NCBI GenBank assembly: GCA_020854825.1 | Contig: JAHKLY010000002.1 | Coordinates: 128,001-192,000 of the forward strand | From: Candidatus Micrarchaeota archaeon | Lineage (GTDB): Archaea; Micrarchaeota; Micrarchaeia; Anstonellales; JAHKLY01 | Length of the DNA stretch: 64,000 nucleotides | Direction: 5' to 3' | Shown here: positions 60,946 to 64,000 of the stretch, one piece after another | Layout of the letters: the number at the start of each line of letters is the position of its first letter | Numbering within the stretch: position 1 is the stretch's first letter | Notes under the pieces: model-generated | The model's input: the letters and a program-made list of their open reading frames with translations, nothing else | Databases searched by the model: none | Told to the model about the DNA's origin: nothing | Made by a program: the position numbers and the translations under genes

Positions 60946-63411
60946 GTGAAAATGACTGAAAAAGAAATTGAAGAAACTATTATTCCAAAAACCATAGAAA
61001 AAGAAATGAAAAACTCATATATGGAATATGCAATGAGTGTAATAGTAGGTAGAGCATTGCCAGATGTAAGAGATGGATTAAAACCAGTTCATAGAAGAGT
61101 ACTATTCGCTATGCATGAGTTAGGAAATACACATGATAAACCATATAAAAAATCAGCAAGAATAACTGGGGAAGTAATGGGTAAGTTTCACCCCCATGGA
61201 GATCAAGCTATTTATGATACAATCGTTAGAATGACACAGAATTTTTCATTAAGATATCCATTAATTGATGGGCAAGGTAATTTTGGTTCAATTGATGGAG
61301 ATAATGCTGCTGCAATGAGATATACTGAAATTAGAATGAATAAGATATGCGAAGAAATGGTAACAGATATTGATAAAGAGACAGTTGGCTTTGTACCTAA
61401 TTTTGATGGTACACTTATTGAACCTGTTGTTTTACCTTCAAAAATACCTAATCTTTTAATAAATGGATCATCTGGTATTGCAGTAGGCATGGCAACAAAT
61501 ATACCCCCACATAATTTAACTGAAGTTGTAGATGCACTTACTGCTTTTATTGATAATCCAGAAATCGAATTACACGAATTAATGCAAATTCTTCCTGGCC
61601 CTGATTTTCCAACAGGAGGTAAAATTGTAGGTAAATCTGGAATTTTAAGTGCTTATTCAACAGGTAGGGGAATTATTTCTATAAGAGGAAAAACAGAGAT
61701 ACTTGAAGACAATCACACTATTAAGATAGTTGAATTACCTTATCAGGTTAATAAAGCAGAATTAGTTAAAAAAATTGCTCATTTAGTTAGATTAAAAAGT
61801 ATTGAAGAAATTTCAGATATTAAAGATAAATCAGATAGAACTGGAATGGAAATAGAAATAAATTTGAAAAAAGGTTCTGACCCAAACGTTGTATTAAATA
61901 AATTATATGTTAAAACTGATTTAGAAAAAGTTTTTGGAATAATAAATCTAGCATTAGTCAATAATGAACCAAAATTTTTAAGTATAAAACAGATGCTTAG
62001 AGAATTCATAAGATTTAGGACTGATATTGTAACTAAAAGATGTAAATTTGAACTTAAAAAATCAGAAGAAAGACACCATATTTTATGTGGCCTTATAATT
62101 GCATTAGAAAATATTGATGAAGTAGTTGCATTAATTAAAAAATCAGATAATCCTCAAAAAGCGAGAGAAGAATTAATTATAAAATACCTATTAACTGAAA
62201 TTCAAGCAAATTCTATTTTAGATATGAAATTAAGTAGATTGACAGGCTTAGAAAGAACTAAAATAGAAGAAGAGCAAAAGAGTTTAGAAGAAAAAATAAA
62301 AGGATTAAAAGAAATTTTAGAAAATAAACTAAAATTGTTAGAAATAATAAAACAAGAGTTAGAAGAAATAAAAACTAAATATGGAAATAAAAGAAAAACA
62401 GAACTATTAGAAGATGAGGAAGATATTGTATTAGAACAATTAATACCTCATGAAGAATCAGTTATAATAATAACACAAAATGACTATGTTAAAAGAATAT
62501 CCTTAGACGAATATAAAACTCAAAAAAGAGGAGGAAAAGGTATGATTGCAACTGGAACAAAAGAAGAAGACATAGTTAAAGACGCAATTATATGCGATAC
62601 TCATGATTATTTGATGTTTTTCTCAAACAAAGGAGTAGTTAGATGGATGAAAGCATATAGAGTACCTCAAACTATGAGATATGCTATGGGAAAACCGATA
62701 ATTAACTTATTAGAAATGGAAAATGAAGAAAAAATCCAGTCTTTAATTAAAGTATCCAATTTCTCAGAAGCAGAATTCTTAGTTATGACAACTAAAAAAG
62801 GATTAATAAAAAGAACCTCCTTAGAATCATTTAGCAAACCAAGAAAAGGAGGGATAATAGCTATTAAATTAACGGATGGGGATGAATTAATTGATGTTAG
62901 AAAAACATCTGGTAATGATGAAATATTCATAGCAACTAAAAATGGATTTGCGATACATTTTGAAGAATCACAAATACGAGAAACAGGACGAGTTGCACAA
63001 GGAGTAAGAGGGATTAGATTAAGAAAAGAAGACGAAGTAGTAGGTATTTCAATAAATATTTCACCTGTTGTTTTGACAATAACTGAAAACGGGTTTGGAA
63101 AAAGAACTCTACTTGAAGAATATAGAAAACAAACAAGAGGAGGAAAAGGAATAATCAACATTCAAACAAAAGGAAGAAATGGAAATGTAGTGGGAATACT
63201 TGCAGTTAATGATAATGATGAAGTAATCTTAATCAGTTCATCAAGTAAAATAATTCGAATGCAGGTTTCAAATATTTCAATGGTAGGGAGAAATACAAAA
63301 GGAGTTCGCTTAATGAGATTAGATGAAAATGAACAAATTACAGCTATCGCACATATACCATTTAACGAAGAAAAAAATGAAGAAAATACTAATATAACTG
63401 AAACTCAATAA
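60946..63411 (+). CDS. gyrA: DNA gyrase subunit A (start probably ATG at 60952)
   Basis: RALPDVRDGLKPVHRR, HPHGD, catalytic AAMRYTE, GyrA-box QKRGGKG. Confidence 0.98.
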   Translation: MKMTEKEIEETIIPKTIEKEMKNSYMEYAMSVIVGRALPDVRDGLKPVHRRVLFAMHELGNTHDKPYKKSARITGEVMGKFHPHGDQAIYDTIVRMTQNFSLRYPLIDGQGNFGSIDGDNAAAMRYTEIRMNKICEEMVTDIDKETVGFVPNFDGTLIEPVVLPSKIPNLLINGSSGIAVGMATNIPPHNLTEVVDALTAFIDNPEIELHELMQILPGPDFPTGGKIVGKSGILSAYSTGRGIISIRGKTEILEDNHTIKIVELPYQVNKAELVKKIAHLVRLKSIEEISDIKDKSDRTGMEIEINLKKGSDPNVVLNKLYVKTDLEKVFGIINLALVNNEPKFLSIKQMLREFIRFRTDIVTKRCKFELKKSEERHHILCGLIIALENIDEVVALIKKSDNPQKAREELIIKYLLTEIQANSILDMKLSRLTGLERTKIEEEQKSLEEKIKGLKEILENKLKLLEIIKQELEEIKTKYGNKRKTELLEDEEDIVLEQLIPHEESVIIITQNDYVKRISLDEYKTQKRGGKGMIATGTKEEDIVKDAIICDTHDYLMFFSNKGVVRWMKAYRVPQTMRYAMGKPIINLLEMENEEKIQSLIKVSNFSEAEFLVMTTKKGLIKRTSLESFSKPRKGGIIAIKLTDGDELIDVRKTSGNDEIFIATKNGFAIHFEESQIRETGRVAQGVRGIRLRKEDEVVGISINISPVVLTITENGFGKRTLLEEYRKQTRGGKGIINIQTKGRNGNVVGILAVNDNDEVILISSSSKIIRMQVSNISMVGRNTKGVRLMRLDENEQITAIAHIPFNEEKNEENTNITETQ

Positions 63412-63541
63412 AATAGTGATTAATTATATAAATCTATGAATGACCTATTACTTTAAAATACTATGCAAACTATGAATAATCGACTTATAACTATCCTATT
63501 GTGAGTCACACATGCCATTAGGCAAATGTGGGGTGAAGTAT

Positions 63542-63658
63542 ATGAAAATTAAAATATGGGACCCAGAAGATGATGACTTCGAAGATGATGAAGACTTTGA
63601 AGACGATGAAGAATGGGACGAAGAAGACGGCGATGAAGACTGGGATGACGAAGAATAA
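63542..63658 (+). CDS. 38-aa hyper-acidic peptide (missed by the ORF track)
   Basis: MKIKIWDPEDDDFEDDEDFEDDEEWDEEDGDEDWDDEE*, strong SD GGGGTGA upstream and a T-rich terminator-like tract downstream. Confidence 0.75.
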   Translation: MKIKIWDPEDDDFEDDEDFEDDEEWDEEDGDEDWDDEE

Positions 63659-63740
63659 ATCTCAAAAATAATAAGTAAATCTTCTTTTTCTTTTTTATTT
63701 TTTAATAAACTTTAAAAAATAGTATATTTATAATACATTT

Positions 63741-64000
63741 ATGAAAAATTATCAAAAGCAATTAAAAATAGAAAAAATTGTAACCTCAAAAGGAAAAATA
63801 TTAAAATATTTTTTTGATGGTATCTCAGTAGAATCTGAATTTAATATCTTATTTTTAAAAAGACAAATATTACATATATTAGAACCAGATAAATACCTTA
63901 AACCAATAAAATTTAAAATAGGAATATTCGGGAAATGCATTACTATTTTTGAAAGAAACTTTGATCATCAAATATGGTGCCCAGACTATTGTTTACCCAC
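63741..64000 (+). CDS. hypothetical protein (partial, runs off the window end)
   Basis: Open frame MKNYQKQLKIEKIVTSKGK... continues to the window end. TATA-like CTTTAAAA about 30 bp upstream. Confidence 0.55.
   Translation, partial: MKNYQKQLKIEKIVTSKGKILKYFFDGISVESEFNILFLKRQILHILEPDKYLKPIKFKIGIFGKCITIFERNFDHQIWCPDYCLP

Noticed and set aside
937-63940. Numerous antisense or nested ORFs in the track (e.g. 937-1353, 3177-3554, 31570-31950, 43155-43502, 47535-47972, 62667-63161, 63752-63940)
   Set aside because: They are shadow frames of well-supported genes on the opposite strand, with no motifs or SD sites.

Overview
Low-GC archaeal chromosomal segment (TFB, MCM, aIF2-gamma, rpS6e, LonB, Dph6; BRE/TATA promoters, GGTGA Shine-Dalgarno sites). 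A DPANN lineage such as Micrarchaeota is the most plausible source; this is inferred from the multi-intron tRNA, class II LysRS, gyrase and lineage-type surface proteins. Most genes are housekeeping or hypothetical. Notable items: (1) a tRNA-Arg(CCT) split by three non-canonical BHB introns around a 6-nt micro-exon; (2) an accessory island at about 16.2-24 kb where two AAA_14/DUF4143-type ATPases each have their own array of 20-bp palindromes with the same 32-bp period, next to a UvrD-nuclease fusion; (3) a GC-rich two-hairpin element with alternative pairings upstream of serS; (4) an unannotated 38-aa hyper-acidic peptide just after gyrBA; (5) a membrane protein with a C-terminal Roadblock domain, a lone ispF, an AsnB-Dph6 fusion, two probable pseudogenes and several small ORFs missed by the ORF track. 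All family calls come from motif recognition by eye; no searches were run.
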